64,000 nucleotides of DNA from the NCBI GenBank assembly GCA_951406725.2, contig OX597817.1, positions 23,064,001-23,128,000 of the forward strand, written 5' to 3'. The stretch is from Octopus vulgaris. Taxonomy: Eukaryota. The notes beneath the pieces were generated by a model, which was not told the origin of the DNA, did not search any database, and was given only the letters and a program-made list of their open reading frames with translations. Position numbers and translations under genes: made by a program. Each line of letters starts with the position of its first letter. Position 1 is the stretch's first letter. Below, one piece after another: positions 14,205 through 27,649 of this stretch.

Positions 14205-14309
14205 AAATTGTTAAGGAAAATTTCTATATCCTTAGTTAAGGAAAATTGTTAAGGAAAATTTCTATATCCTTAATTGTTAAGGAAAATTGTTAAGGAAAAT
14301 TTCTATATC
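14205..14309. repeat. Short tandem repeat, about 39-42 bp unit (ttgttaaggaaaatttctatatcctta..gttaaggaaaa), 2.5-3 copies
   Basis: Directly visible near-identical units. Confidence 0.92.
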
Positions 14310-14730
14310 AGAAACACTGATATTACGTAGCATCATGTAGCTTTTTTATATTTTATCTGGGGCACCTCCTTTAGGTTATTTCTTTTTATTTTCAATGATC
14401 GTCACACAGTGCATTCAGTGTTTTCAATTTCTCCTGGATTATCAGTACATATTTTCATCTGATCACTCAATATCGCATGCTGGGTCAGATAAATTGTTCG
14501 ATAATATATGTGTTTTTAACATTCATTAGCAAATAATACATTTTATAATAATGTCCAAGGAGTCAACACTAAACTAATTTGCATTGTCTCATGTTAAGTA
14601 AGTAAAATTAGAAAGGAAGCTAACATACGAATTTTGGAAGCTTAAAGCCAAACTAATATTTGAATTCATATTGTTGAATTTCAGAAACACTGTATACCAA
14701 CTGCTTTCAAGCGCATTATAAAAGTTAGGC

Positions 14731-15651
14731 AATTTTTGTCTTATAAATTCATGAGTATTTTGACATCGATATAGAGCAAAATATATTTTTCAATTATAAT
14801 AATATATTACCTCACCGCACAGAAACATGACAGCTTTATTTTAAAGATGCTTGTACATTTTAACGGTTCTCAAAAATTACTAATACACGAATACACGATC
14901 ATAAGGTTTGTAATTCTGATTTTATTTGGCTCGTCTATTTTGACTCTTGCATTTCCGTAACTCCTCACACGAAAACCGAATATGACTCTCATGGTTTGTC
15001 TTTGTGTGATTCGTGCATTTTCTCTGAAGTGACTTTATTATTACATGTTTATTAGATGACTTTGGTGCTCCATCACTTGAAGTGGTACAGAATGCGTACA
15101 CTATAATTCAAACTATTATATTTCATTATTATGGTTACTAGTCTTTTTAAATGCTTTCGAAATTTGCATCAATTATTAGTATTCTTCTATATATTACATG
15201 TCCCATGTTCATTTACGACATGCTTGTTAGCGTGTAATGCAGCAAAGGCATAATACTTTATCATTCTTCCACATAAATGACTTCTTTTGATTTTTCTAAT
15301 AAGTTTTAATGTCAAACCCCAATATCATTTGACTTCCCATATTATGGGTGTTGTTTAAAAGATTAGGCTAAGAATACATACGAGTGATTTTGCTTAACTT
15401 AATTACAACGGATAATTCGCTGTAAACTGAAGATAAATCATGTTTAAAACCAAGTAAATATAATAAACGTCACAAAAATCTGTTTTCGTTTGGCTTCATG
15501 TTCGCAAATAAAAATGGCAGCATCATAAATGGGAATTCTTTAAAACAGAGCTGTCACATTTCTAAGCAGTGAGGTATTATATTATGATAATTGAAAAATA
15601 AATTCTGCTATATATCGATGTCAAAATACTCATGAATTTGTAAAACAAAAT
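14731..15651. mobile_element. Non-autonomous DNA-transposon-like (MITE/foldback) element with about 115-bp terminal inverted repeats
   Basis: 14731-14847 is the reverse complement of 15537-15651 (core aaattcatgagtattttgacatcgatata exact; about 85% overall by eye). About 690 bp non-coding spacer; no clear TSD. Confidence 0.75.
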
Positions 15652-17249
15652 ATGGCAACATAAGAGAAAGCCAAGTGAGAGACAAAAACGTATTTTCTAT
15701 TATATCATAAACTAATCTAAACCTATTAAACAAATTCTCATGATAACTTGGTTTACGTAGCTTTGATTAGTTAACTTTAATATATATATATATACGTCTA
15801 TATAATATACAATATCTTCCTATTACAAATGCATTTCTCTATAATTATGATGGTTTTAAATAACATCTGAGAACTTCGAATGAAAAATGCAGGCTCAGGA
15901 GTATACAATAATTCTCAAAAATGATTTTGATATTAGCAGTGGTACTGTTTGATGTTCTATAAAATATATGCTCTTAGTTGATTAAATAAATGTATCTCTT
16001 TTTATAGTATTACCATTATATATTATTGTAAATCCGAGTTGTAGATGTTGACTATTGATATGATCGCGTTGATTTATGAACAACGTCTCCGGATGCACAA
16101 GTTCATTCACTCTCATTCTTCGGTTGAAATATTGCTATATCTCCGCAAAATCATCTTTTTCAAAACAAATAGACAAAATACGTGGAGCAATGATTTTTTT
16201 TTTTTGTGTGTGTGTGACATAGAAAAGAAAGCACTTTCCGGGATACTTCTATTTTAATCTTTATGTGTTGGTGCAATAAAAAACATTCTTATGATTAAAT
16301 GTAAATTAATAAACCGAAGTCATAGCTTTCCGGAACGTAGTTTGTATACAAAGATTTTGCTTCTGGAAATATCTATCTGAATATATGTAGGGATTTGTTA
16401 AATCGGACAAAATTCAGTCAGCAATGATGTTCGTTTCATTCAAGTTTAATCACATCCAAGCGGCTTAATATAGAAAAAAGACAACAGCCTTCTCATTACT
16501 TCACAGCGATGAGTAATAAAAACCATCTTTAAAAAAAATAGATGGCTCTCGGTAGATTTGCCAGAAAATATTTCAAGGCTATATGTTTCGTAAACTTTGG
16601 AACAATGGAAGATCATTCTGTGATTGTTTGGGGAACAAGGCGTTATATATTGAAAAGCTCCTTGCTTATACACCGCACGCACACCAACACACATATATTT
16701 ATGTGCGTGTGTATGTGTGTAGTAGAGGCACCTGCGTTAGTGGTTAGGGAGTTACACCCATAACCATAAGGTTCCAAAAGGAGTAGATATATTGTGTTCG
16801 TGAGCAAAACACCTCACTTGATGTTACTTCGTAAAAGTAAGCACTATAGTAACGGAGCTGCATGCGGTCCTATGAAGAACCTTTTAACCGTAACTCTTAT
16901 TTCTAGCAATGCACGTGCTTCGGCATCCTTAGTCACATTTAGTAATAACTGTATTTTTCCTTTGAGGTATCACGTTCCACTTGGCAGTTGATAATAATTT
17001 TTAGTATACACTTTAACATTTCGCTAAATCAACCATAAATTTTTATGGCAAAGTTCAAGTATTACTCGGTGACGGTGCCTACAGTCAAAGGAGAAACTAG
17101 AACTAGTCTGGGGATCCTCTTGTCAACCATTGGGCAGTTACCTTCTATCACATTAAAAATTATTTAAACACATATTTCTAGCAATATGGGATCTCCGCCA
17201 TCCTTACTCACACTTACTGACGGTTGAATTTTCACTTTGCGCTTAGTTT

Positions 17250-17296
<47 letters not shown>

Positions 17297-17321
17297 CGTT
17301 TATCCGATTATCCGTTAATCC

Positions 17322-17435
17322 GTGGTAGTGCAATGGCCCACTACTCAGAGCAGAGGACTCGCGGTCATAGGATCGTGGTTTCAATTCCTACGCCGAGCGT
17401 TGTGAGTGTTTGTTGAGCGAAAACACCTAAAGCTC
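17322..17435 (+). mobile_element. tRNA-derived SINE family C, head only
   Basis: Matches the reverse complement of 22267-22380 and 44645-44756 (caatggccc..ggactcgcggtc.taggatcg..gagcgaaaacacctaaagctc). Confidence 0.85.
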
Positions 17436-18042
17436 AACATTGCTTGTGTCCAGAAAATGAGCGGTGAAGCGCAATTAAACCAGTGGACATAGTGACTCGT
17501 TGATCTTTGTTGTTATCACTTAAAGCATGTGTAAACCATGCTCCATACTTCTGAACCTTTCCCATCGAGTGAAGATGCTTCTCTATAGCAGTGTGGGAGC
17601 ATTCCATTTTCTCTGCCAGTTCCCTTGTCGTTTGACGAGTATTTTCGTGCACAAAGTTGATTTAATCGCTCTTCATCGAACTCAACTGGTACGGCTAGAG
17701 CGAGTTGCATCTTTCAGGTCAAAATTTCCAATTTTGAACTTGGTATACCAATTACAAGCGGTTCTTTCAGCTATGGCATCCTCACTATACACAGCACAAA
17801 TGTCGTGAGCAGCTTTTGCAGCCTTACAATCTTGATGAAAAGCAAAATGAAGGAGGTATCTAAAATGGTCATCTTTCTCAACTTGACAGTCCAATTTAAT
17901 GATCTGAAAATTAACAAAATTTAACTAATATTAACAAAAAAAAACCAAAAAGAAATGGATTCCAAAATGATTCAAAAACAGAATTCTCGATAAAAATAGA
18001 TTCCAAAAGTAAAAAAAAAAAAACTTAGTTGCCAACCTAATA
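17436..18042 (-). mobile_element. mariner transposon, 5' half (HTH region) with one TIR
   Basis: FRYLLHFAF..AAHDICAVYSEDAIAERTACNWYTKFKIGNFDLKD and QTTRELAEKMECSHTAIEKHLHSMGKVQKYGAW. TIR TA-TTAGGTTGGCAACTAAG at 18042-18024, inserted in (TA)n. Confidence 0.92.
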
Positions 18043-18065
18043 TATATATATATATATATATATAT

Positions 18066-18122
18066 AATGGCGGTGCCCCAGCATGGCCACAGCTCATGAG
18101 CTGAAACTAGAATCAATCAATC
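18066..18122 (+). mobile_element. Isolated 3' tail shared by SINE A and the CR1/L2-group LINE
   Basis: ggcggtgccccagcatggccacagctcatgagctgaaac; compare 41867-41900 and 4301-4340. Confidence 0.65.
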
Positions 18123-18419
18123 ATATGTATTCTACTATAAGAGGCATTGCAGCGAAAACTGAGTACTAGACCAAGAAACTGTTATAAACTAATTAAAGAG
18201 ATTACGTAAATCATGTTGTGCCATTCATTGATTGACATTAAGCACTTCACTCCTTTGATAATTTACTCCAAAGAGTAATTGATTTCAAACGACAGTTAAT
18301 ATGTCTATACCTAAGCAAAATCATAATATCTGAGGTGGGTGTATTTGTTTGTGTGTGTGTTCATCTATCATTGTATATCGATGTATTGACAAGGTTCTCG
18401 GATGCCGAAATGCAATGAT

Positions 18420-18655
18420 TTTCTTGTTAGTTTATCTTTCGAAAGAGGCCACCCCGCTAGCTAGGTGTCAATGCCAGCATTTCTTGAACGGAGGGCTAGT
18501 CCATCACAGTTTTGCCCATTTACAGCCGACTGAACTGGAGAGACGTAAGATGAGGTGTTTTGGTCATGAATACAGTGTAGGGCTTTTCTGTGAATCAACA
18601 CCACGACCTTGCAATCGCGTGAGCAACAGCGCCCCCAATTGTCCACACGCCTTCA
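18420..18655 (-). mobile_element. Old tRNA-derived SINE
   Basis: Minus strand has a degenerate tRNA head followed by caaaacacctcatcttac..ccagttcagtcggctgtaaatggg..ctgtgatggactagc, a SINE central-domain-like stretch. Confidence 0.5.
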
Positions 18656-18776
18656 CACACATACACACATGCTCACACAAACACATTCACGCATGAATAT
18701 ATAAACGCAGGCACATATTTGAAAAGGAAAAATACCAAAAATACCAAACTGTACCGAGGATTTCACACATTTTCCG

Positions 18777-18818
<42 letters not shown>

Positions 18819-18996
18819 ATATTGTATGTGTGTATGTATATATGTAGGTAGGTATACGTGTGTGTGTGTGTGTGTATAGGTAATTGTCGAAGACTGAGGA
18901 ACACCATTCCTCCACGTGATCAGCTTTAGGAATTGTTAACATGTTAAGACATATTTCGTATCATGAATCCAATCGTAGCCTGAAAACACACATGTA

Positions 18997-19064
<68 letters not shown>

Positions 19065-19127
19065 CATTTCTCTTTCTATATATATATAGAAAGAGAGAGA
19101 AAGAGAGGTTGATATATATATATAGAG

Positions 19128-19216
<89 letters not shown>

Positions 19217-20432
19217 TATGTATGTGCGCATGCATATATGCAGGACCAAACATATATGTATATGTTTTTAGAGCGAACAATACTCTTTGCCAAGGACTGT
19301 CTTTGTACAAAACCCTCCGTGGAAGAAAATGAATAATCCTCTTCGATTTAATAAATATATAAAGAAATAATTAGACTCAACTAAATATAGTGAGCGAACT
19401 TTCTCTCATTCTACAGCCACTAAAATTCACACATACGCACACACACACATACACACACACACTTACATACATATATGTCTATATATAAACGTACATCTTA
19501 TGTGTATGTTTATATATATATATGCATGTATTTGTATGTATGTATATGAATGTATATACACGCATACAGAAAGACACACGCACATACTCACATATACATA
19601 GTTATATGTTTATATATACAAGCGTATATGTATGTTTATACATATATATATATATACATACATATATATATATATATACATATATACATACATACACACG
19701 CAAAGAGAGTAGGATGCGTGAGTGGAAACACGCATATACATGGTAGTGACTGTTTGTGTGTTAGTTTCTGTTGATACGTGTACAACTGTGAGGGAGATAA
19801 TTTCAATATTTATATATTTAATTTAGATTACGTGTGTTAATTAGTGATAACGGAATTTAATATTTTAGACGTAAGTGCATTAGATATTTCAATCTTACTA
19901 GAAGCACGAGTTTCATAAGGAAGTTTCATTAAAAATGTGTAAATATAAGATAATAACTTAAACGTTTTAAAACGATAAAATACAAAGTTGGTCTATACAC
20001 ACTTTTATTTTAATTTATTTTTTCGATAAGAACTTTAAACTCTCGCATAATGATATAATATTTTTTTCTTACAAACAGTGAAACATTTTAATATAGTTAA
20101 TGCATTAGAAATGTTTAAAAAATTATACGAATTTATATATTAAGTAATAAGTTCTTAACATACGAATACCGAAGAGCAAAGTAAATTAGTTATATTAAAT
20201 ATATCATGATACGAAATATATGTACTGTTGCAGGTGATGGCATTGCTGTCGCGATATTTCTTTGCTCGTGTTTGTAGCCGGCGTGGGTAGTGTCGGAACT
20301 ATGAGAGAACGCTGGATTCAGTCATGGATAAATTTCATTTTTCCGAGAAATGAAATGTTATTGTTTAACACTAGTTTAGGCGTGATTGTGCTGACCCATA
20401 TGATGACGAACCCTAGTAGGCTCAACATTTCT

Positions 20433-20663
20433 TATTTCTTTACTACCCACAAGGGGCCACACACAGAAGGGACAGACAAGGACAGACAAACGGATTAAGT
20501 CGATTATATCGACCCCAGTGCGTAACTGGTACTTATTTAATCGACCCCGAAATGATGAAAGGCAAAGTCGACCTCGGTGAAATTTGAACTCAGAACGTAG
20601 CAGCAGACGAAATACCGCTAAGCAATTCGCTCGGTGTGCTAACGTTTCTGCCAGCTCACTGCC
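20433..20663 (-). mobile_element. tRNA-derived SINE family B with 14-bp TSD
   Basis: Full-length copy. ggctcaacatttct is repeated at 20419-20432 and 20672-20685. Homologous to 59196-59424 and 60166-60350. Confidence 0.92.
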
Positions 20664-21054
20664 TTTATGTTGGCTCAACATTTCTGACACGAGTCCTACC
20701 GAATGGTGAGAATATCAATATGAATACGACATGAGTGTTTGCACCGGCAGTATCAAGACTACAGTTTGACAAATCTTGCTTATAGCACTAAGTCTATTTC
20801 ACATCGGCAGAGTAAAGTTTACAGCATAATGTATTTTGTTAAGTAGTCAAATTAGGACAACGTTAATAATTTTACTTATTACAAGTCAACCGACAACTAT
20901 TTGCGTCGTCGGAGAGTACAGGGCTTCCCAGAAATGTCGATACGTTAGTTAATTCTTTGGTATACAAAACCTGTAACCTGGGTTAAATATCTACCAAATC
21001 AGTGAACGTTCCAACGACAAAGAGGTTACTACTGTAAACAACTGTACAATATAA

Positions 21055-21437
21055 TCTCTCTCTATATAAACGGCAGTTTGTCTGTGCGTTTTCTGTGTGT
21101 CTGTTTTCTCGTACCCTCACCCTGACCACGGCTTTCAACCGATTCTGATGAAACTTGACACACACATAGCCCAATGTCATAATTCAAAACTAACGCAGCG
21201 AAAATTTTGAAAAGTTCCCCCAGTTCTGAAAAAAATCGATAAATTCGACATGGGGTCGAGAATCAGAAACCCAAACCACAGACCGTCTAGGGGGCATAAC
21301 TCCACCTTTTTTAACTCTCAAAAAAAATTACCATCATTTTTTTCCCATTTTTTTGCTATTTTTTGGCTATAACTCTCTAAAAATGCTTTATAGTTATTTC
21401 CCTTACAAACCTGAGCAACGCCGGGCGATACTGCTAG
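21055..21437 (+). mobile_element. Complete non-autonomous Helitron (383 bp)
   Basis: A|TC 5' end, subterminal hairpin cctgagcaacgccggg, CTAG|T 3' end, no TSD. Confidence 0.88.
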
Positions 21438-22057
21438 TTTACAATAACTTGAGATTATGTACAGCGAAGGAATTAAATATATTTGTCCCTGCAAAAATAT
21501 TTGTCACTGCAAAAGTGACAATGCCAATTCCTTGACTATTCTTAATGGGCAGAAACACTGTATTTATAAAGGAAGATAAATAATTATTTAACATGTTGAA
21601 GTCAACGATTAATGCATTCGCTATTCGTTTCGTTCGCCATAACTCTTGAAGTTCGTCATTGGGTGATATGCCTCATTTGCTTGGGAGCTTAAACTGTGTG
21701 ATGCATTTGAAACCTATAGTATATGGATCTATGTACGAGTAATGAATAATATTTTTCTTGATGTTATTGTAAGAATATGATAACGTACTATAACAACTGC
21801 CAGAATGTACATACAGTTTTGAAAATCCAATGTGAAATTAGTCAGGTTTATTCCTATATTTAAAAACATAATTAAATTCTAATTAACTACAATATATTCT
21901 CAGTGCATTTTGGACTTCATTTCTTCTATTCCTTCTCTTATTTAGGTTAATAACAATTTATATCTATCCATCTATCTGTCTGTCTGTCTGTTTATCTATC
22001 TACCTAAGTTTGCAAACACACAATTGCAAACACGCACACGCACATAGACATATATAT

Positions 22058-22514
<457 letters not shown>

Positions 22515-23261
22515 GAGATGCGAGCACAGCTACATTCAAATTATAGCTCATATACATCCATTACGATCTTGTTTAAAGATATAAACTGATAAGTTACTAG
22601 AATATGTAATATTGTAATATTAGCCGTGCATTGCACTCATGCTTACTCATATGAATCTACTTATATAAAGCTTACATATACTCTTCTTACACTTGTATAG
22701 TAAAATCTGTACACTTTCGAGCAATTGAAGACATATATATATATATATATATATACATGCAAATGTACACTCATTTATGCACTTAAATATATGATCCAGA
22801 TGCATCACACAAATAAGTTAAGTTTAATTCTAACTCATAAACGCACATTGATATAGTTTAGAAAAAATCATATATTTAAAGACACTCACTTTGAATGCAC
22901 AAAGAAGAGAATACATATGTAAAGTATGGAAAAGGAAATGAATAAAAGCTTATATAAATAAATAAAAAATGCGATGAAAATAACAATAAAAACGGTTTAT
23001 AATCATGTACTTATTCAATATATATAAAATGCAGAGAGAAGTACTTATCTTAAATCGTAATATTGAAGAGAATGTTAAAAACATGCTGAGAGCCTATAGT
23101 GAGTTAGGTTAGGTTGTGAAGACTCCAAGTGACAAGTGCTTCTAGAAATTCACTCGTACAAACACGAAAATATTCTCGTACACAACTACTTTTCTACACA
23201 CATACACGAACACATTTACATCTATGTGCGAATGTGTGTGTACGAGAGTCGATATGCATAC

Positions 23262-23297
<36 letters not shown>

Positions 23298-23355
23298 TTA
23301 TATATATATATATACTTATATACGTACATGTATACATATGTATATGAATTCATTT

Positions 23356-23395
<40 letters not shown>

Positions 23396-23918
23396 GCATT
23401 GTGCGCGTTCACTTTATATGATATGGATCCGAACACACTGATATTCACCTTTAATACTCTACAGACAATGCTGGCACCATATCAAATATACATATAGTGA
23501 ATTTTATTCCATTTGATGTATATAGATAATAACGTATAGGTTTACACAAAGATATATTCATCTGCACAGATGAACCCATAATTGCTAATGCATATGAGTA
23601 TACTTGACCGTGCACTGATATTATGTTCCATAGGGCACAAAAAGCAGAAAACATCTATTGTTTGACCTTTTATGGGTGCATTTCTAGTGCACGGTTACTT
23701 TAGAGGCTGCTTAATTGGTGGGATCTCCATAAATACATACAGAGTTAGCTTTAGTCCAGTTGTGCGCATTAATAAATGCAAGTGAATTGAGATACCAAAG
23801 TTTAACTCTAGATTACTTATAACAAGCCTAGTGTGAGAAGTGAGATGGCATTCTTTAAATAAAGATAACCACGGTGGAGGGGATAAAAGAGGTGTCATTT
23901 AAATATATATATATATAC

Positions 23919-23967
<49 letters not shown>

Positions 23968-24199
23968 CATACATAAATTTAAGTTTTAAAATTTAAATCT
24001 AAAATTTAAAATTACGTAAGTGGTAATAGCGAAACTAGTTTGTGATTAATCCATATTTTGTTTCTTTTCTTTTGTTTTGCTCGCTTACGTTCTAGCGTTT
24101 GCTAAAATTTTCTAGAGAACATTCCTTTCTTAATGGTAAGACCGTAGCGGATCGATTCCTAGCATAATGGGATTCCATGTAGTGGTCATCCCTCTTATA

Positions 24200-24266
<67 letters not shown>

Positions 24267-24319
24267 GTATGTATATATATGTATGTATGTATATGTGTGT
24301 GTGGTGGGGTTCGCCTGTG

Positions 24320-27300
24320 TGTATGTTGAAGGTAAAGTAGTTGTTTTCAAGTAATGAATCTGAGCCTATCAACGATAACTTCTTTTTCTGCGTGTTGAAA
24401 TATCTTATTGTCTAAACAGTATTAGATTGCAGTTATTCCATAATCATGGGGACTGTTGGTGTATAAACTGACAACATGAAATGAAGTAAAAATTCTGTTT
24501 CCTTACTGTTTTTGGCAGATTATTTAGCATGTCCAAATAATCTCGCATGTAGATCTATATATGCTTTAGGAAAAGTTTTAGGAGGATGTCCAAGAAGTTT
24601 GTGTGTTTCGTATGCCACGCCTGCTATGGTTGGTCTCAGTTTCAAATCATCCAGTTATGTTAATTTTATGTATTTGCTTGCTGGGGATTACAGGCATCAC
24701 TTAACCTTTTGCACTTTTGGATTTTTGGTAAACCATAAAAAAATGCACTTTAGCATCTATAGTGTCATCTATACTCAAAAGAGTTGTGAGGTTTTCTATA
24801 ATTCTTCATTGTTTGTAGCAGCTTGGGTTTTCGTAGCGGTTGTTGTTCTCTAGCATTGTAAGTGTTAAGTCTTTAGAGAAGCTGACGATGACGGTTCTCC
24901 CTTTATCGGCTTCTATGAATGGCTCTACCATACCAGCTTTGTAAAATTTCATATGTTCAATTTTTTCAAATGGCAACTTCATAATGTATTCGCAGTAGGA
25001 ATCAAGTGCGTTATTTGGATAAAAATTGCCTTTGTTTCTGGCTAGTGATTTGTCCTGATCATAAGAGTTGCTGGTGGAGTAATCGCTCAGCCTGAGTTTT
25101 CGGCAGAATTCTGCAATGTCGTTTTTCAGTTCGGAGAAGTTTGGCTTCTGTGGTGTGGTTATAAACTTCAGTCCCTTACTTAGAATGTCTAATTGGGTGT
25201 CAGTTAATGGATCTTTGTAAGGTTAATTACATTTGGCTTCTCGTTTACAGTGGTAGCGGTGTGGGGCAACGTGTCTCCTAGTATTTATATCCTTGTACTA
25301 AAAAAAGATAAGTTACTTTGAGTGTAGTTGCTATTTGTTGTCGGTCTGTTTTGAGTGAGTCTGTAAGATCATTTTTAATGGTGAATGTGTAGAGGAGGGA
25401 GGTATGCTGTAGTTGGTATTATGTTGCTGTCTTGTTGGGATTCTAAGTGGTTTGGGTAGTTTGGCTGGGTCGCTACCAAAGGCCATTTTGTTTATGCTAT
25501 AGTGATTGTGGTCCCGGTGAGGGTACTTGTGGTTTTATTTAATAAGAGTACTGGTGTAGCCTTCAGTGATCTGGGTGTATCTCTTCGAAGGTTTGTGTTG
25601 TAAGGTTGGTTTATGTCGTTTCTGGATTCGGATTTGTGAAAGAAATTTTTGGGAATGTTTGAGTTGTTGTGTTTAGGTGAGGTTTTTCTTCGGTTGTAGT
25701 TGGGTGTATTTCGGTTGAGTTGGGGGAATTGTGTTTATGGGTTTGGTGTGTTGTGTTTGGTGGTTTGATTGTTTCAGCAGGCTTTCGTGTTTTGTTCTGT
25801 TTTTAGACGAAAGGGTTAGTTAGTTAGCTAATTTGGCTCAAAAGCAAATAGCAAGGCCATGTAGGGGGACATGGACGTAAGTACAGGGTGGTGTTCATGT
25901 AAAGAGTTCAGGCCACTTGAGGTCCAGGGAGGCTTTGAACAAAGCGGTCGTCGGCATCTTCACCATCTCGTCTGGCAGCTTGTTCCACGGATCCGCAACC
26001 CGGACGGAGAAAGCTCCTCTCCTTCGATTGAGATGAAATCGTCGCAGGTAGAGCTTTTCGGAATGACCCCGCAGCCGACGCTCTGGAGCAGGAGTGAAGA
26101 ACAGCTCTTTCGAGAGGTTACACTTTCCGCTTGTGATGTTGTGGGCGAGAATGAGATCACCACGGCGGCGGCGTTTTTCAAGAGAATAAAGGTCGAGCGT
26201 CCATTAGCCTTTCTTCGTAGGACAACGTAGGGTTGTCTCTGGTGTGTATTGTGTTAAATTCCTTTTCGTTTTTAGGGAACCGCATCCTGCACTTTACCGA
26301 TAGTTGGAGAAATATAAGTTCTTCATGTTCATAGTGTTGTTTGCAGAGTTTTAGAAGGTGCTGTTAGTTGGTTCCCACAGACATTTTGGTACATTCTTCT
26401 ATTTGTTCGCCAATATCTTTGGTGTTTTTGTTCGTTTGTTGTGACTCTTAATTTCAAGAGTCTGACTTCCATGCTTATTCTATTGAGAAACATTTGTTCC
26501 CGTCATTTTTTTTTGCTTTGTTTTTTTGCTCTTCCTGACTCATTAGCTATGGGTTTTATTTGAAATTTTGGGGCAAGATTAATGGATTGGATTTTAGCCA
26601 TTTCTCATAGATTCCAGGTTTGTCTAAGATTTTTTTACCATTTTCCAAAATGTAAACTTTCTTGTTCTTGAAAGTTTTCTTTTTTTCCAAACGAGTCCGA
26701 TTGTGATTCTGATAAGGTGTGGTGTATTTTGTTCTGGTTTACTGAAGATGGATTTTTTCGTGGTTGTTGTGAGTTAGAAGAGAGTTCGTATCTGGTGGAA
26801 TTAGAAGAGAGTTCGTTTCTGATAGACTTGTGAGCTCTCCGTTTTCGCTTTACAATTCTTTTAGGATTTCTTCATTTAAATTTGAAGTTAGATATTTGGT
26901 ATTCGGTCCCATTTTCCGGATTTGTATAGTTTCTCATAGTTGAAAAAAGATTACAGATCAATACAAATCTACTATTTGTATATAAAAGATGGAGATGGAA
27001 ACAGCACATAAGTAAATTTACGACGTTAATTTAGAAAGAAATTAATAAAATGATTTTTAAAAAACATGTATATAGAAAATGTAAAATATTAATGGTTTGG
27101 ATGATGAAATCCATCTTATCAAATATAAAAAAAAATTGGAACTTGCAGTAAAAACTGGTTGTATTTATCTCTGGTAGTTAGAACATGCCTGGCGTTTTTC
27201 TGTAAAGACTTCTTGAAACATTGTTTGTAAATAATTTGGCGTAGAGTTCAAGGTGCTAGAGAAAATGAGAGCTGGAGTAGTTGTCTTTGGTGTAAAGAAG

Positions 27301-27600
27301 TCTCTGTGGATTCCTGCCGAGGGAGTGGTTTAAAAGCATTTTTTGAATTATTTTGGTTTTTTTTATATCCAGCTGTGTATGTGTGTGTGTGTGTGTGTGC
27401 GTGTATTGTGTCGAATATCTTTTCAATATGTTTGGAATGTGATCTGCTGCGTGTTAATGGGTGTGTGCGCTGTGCTAAATGCCGTTAAGAATTTCATTAA
27501 GGAATTAAAGCTTTCCTTCTTTTAGTGTGTGGGTTTGAACAACGATGTTTTCTTTTGATTGTCTCCAGCCCTGTGTATCTGTGTGTGCGTGTATGTGTGT
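24320..27600 (-). mobile_element. Penelope-like element (Neptune-type), 5' region and N-terminal RT, decayed
   Basis: Minus-strand translation gives NVINLT..LTDTQLDILSKGLKFITTPQKP..AEFCRKLRL, EADKG, LKLRPTIAG, VVSLYTN, LENNYFTF. The 5' boundary is approximate. Confidence 0.8.
25814..26222 (-). mobile_element. CR1-clade LINE, 5'-truncated young copy nested in the Penelope element
   Basis: LDLYSLEKRRRRGDLI..RGHSEKLYLRRFHLNRRRGAFSVRVADPWNKLP..FKASLD*, short 3' UTR and (TAAC)n tail. Confidence 0.88.
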
Positions 27601-27649
27601 GTTTGTGTATGCCTGCAGATATATATATGTAAAATAAAGGAAGGAAAAT

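Noticed and set aside
14205-14309. CRISPR-like repeat array
   Set aside because: No unique spacers, no cas genes, eukaryotic context.
16898-17241. Two about 70-bp degenerate direct repeats
   Set aside because: Low identity; probably old SINE or duplication debris with no further structure.
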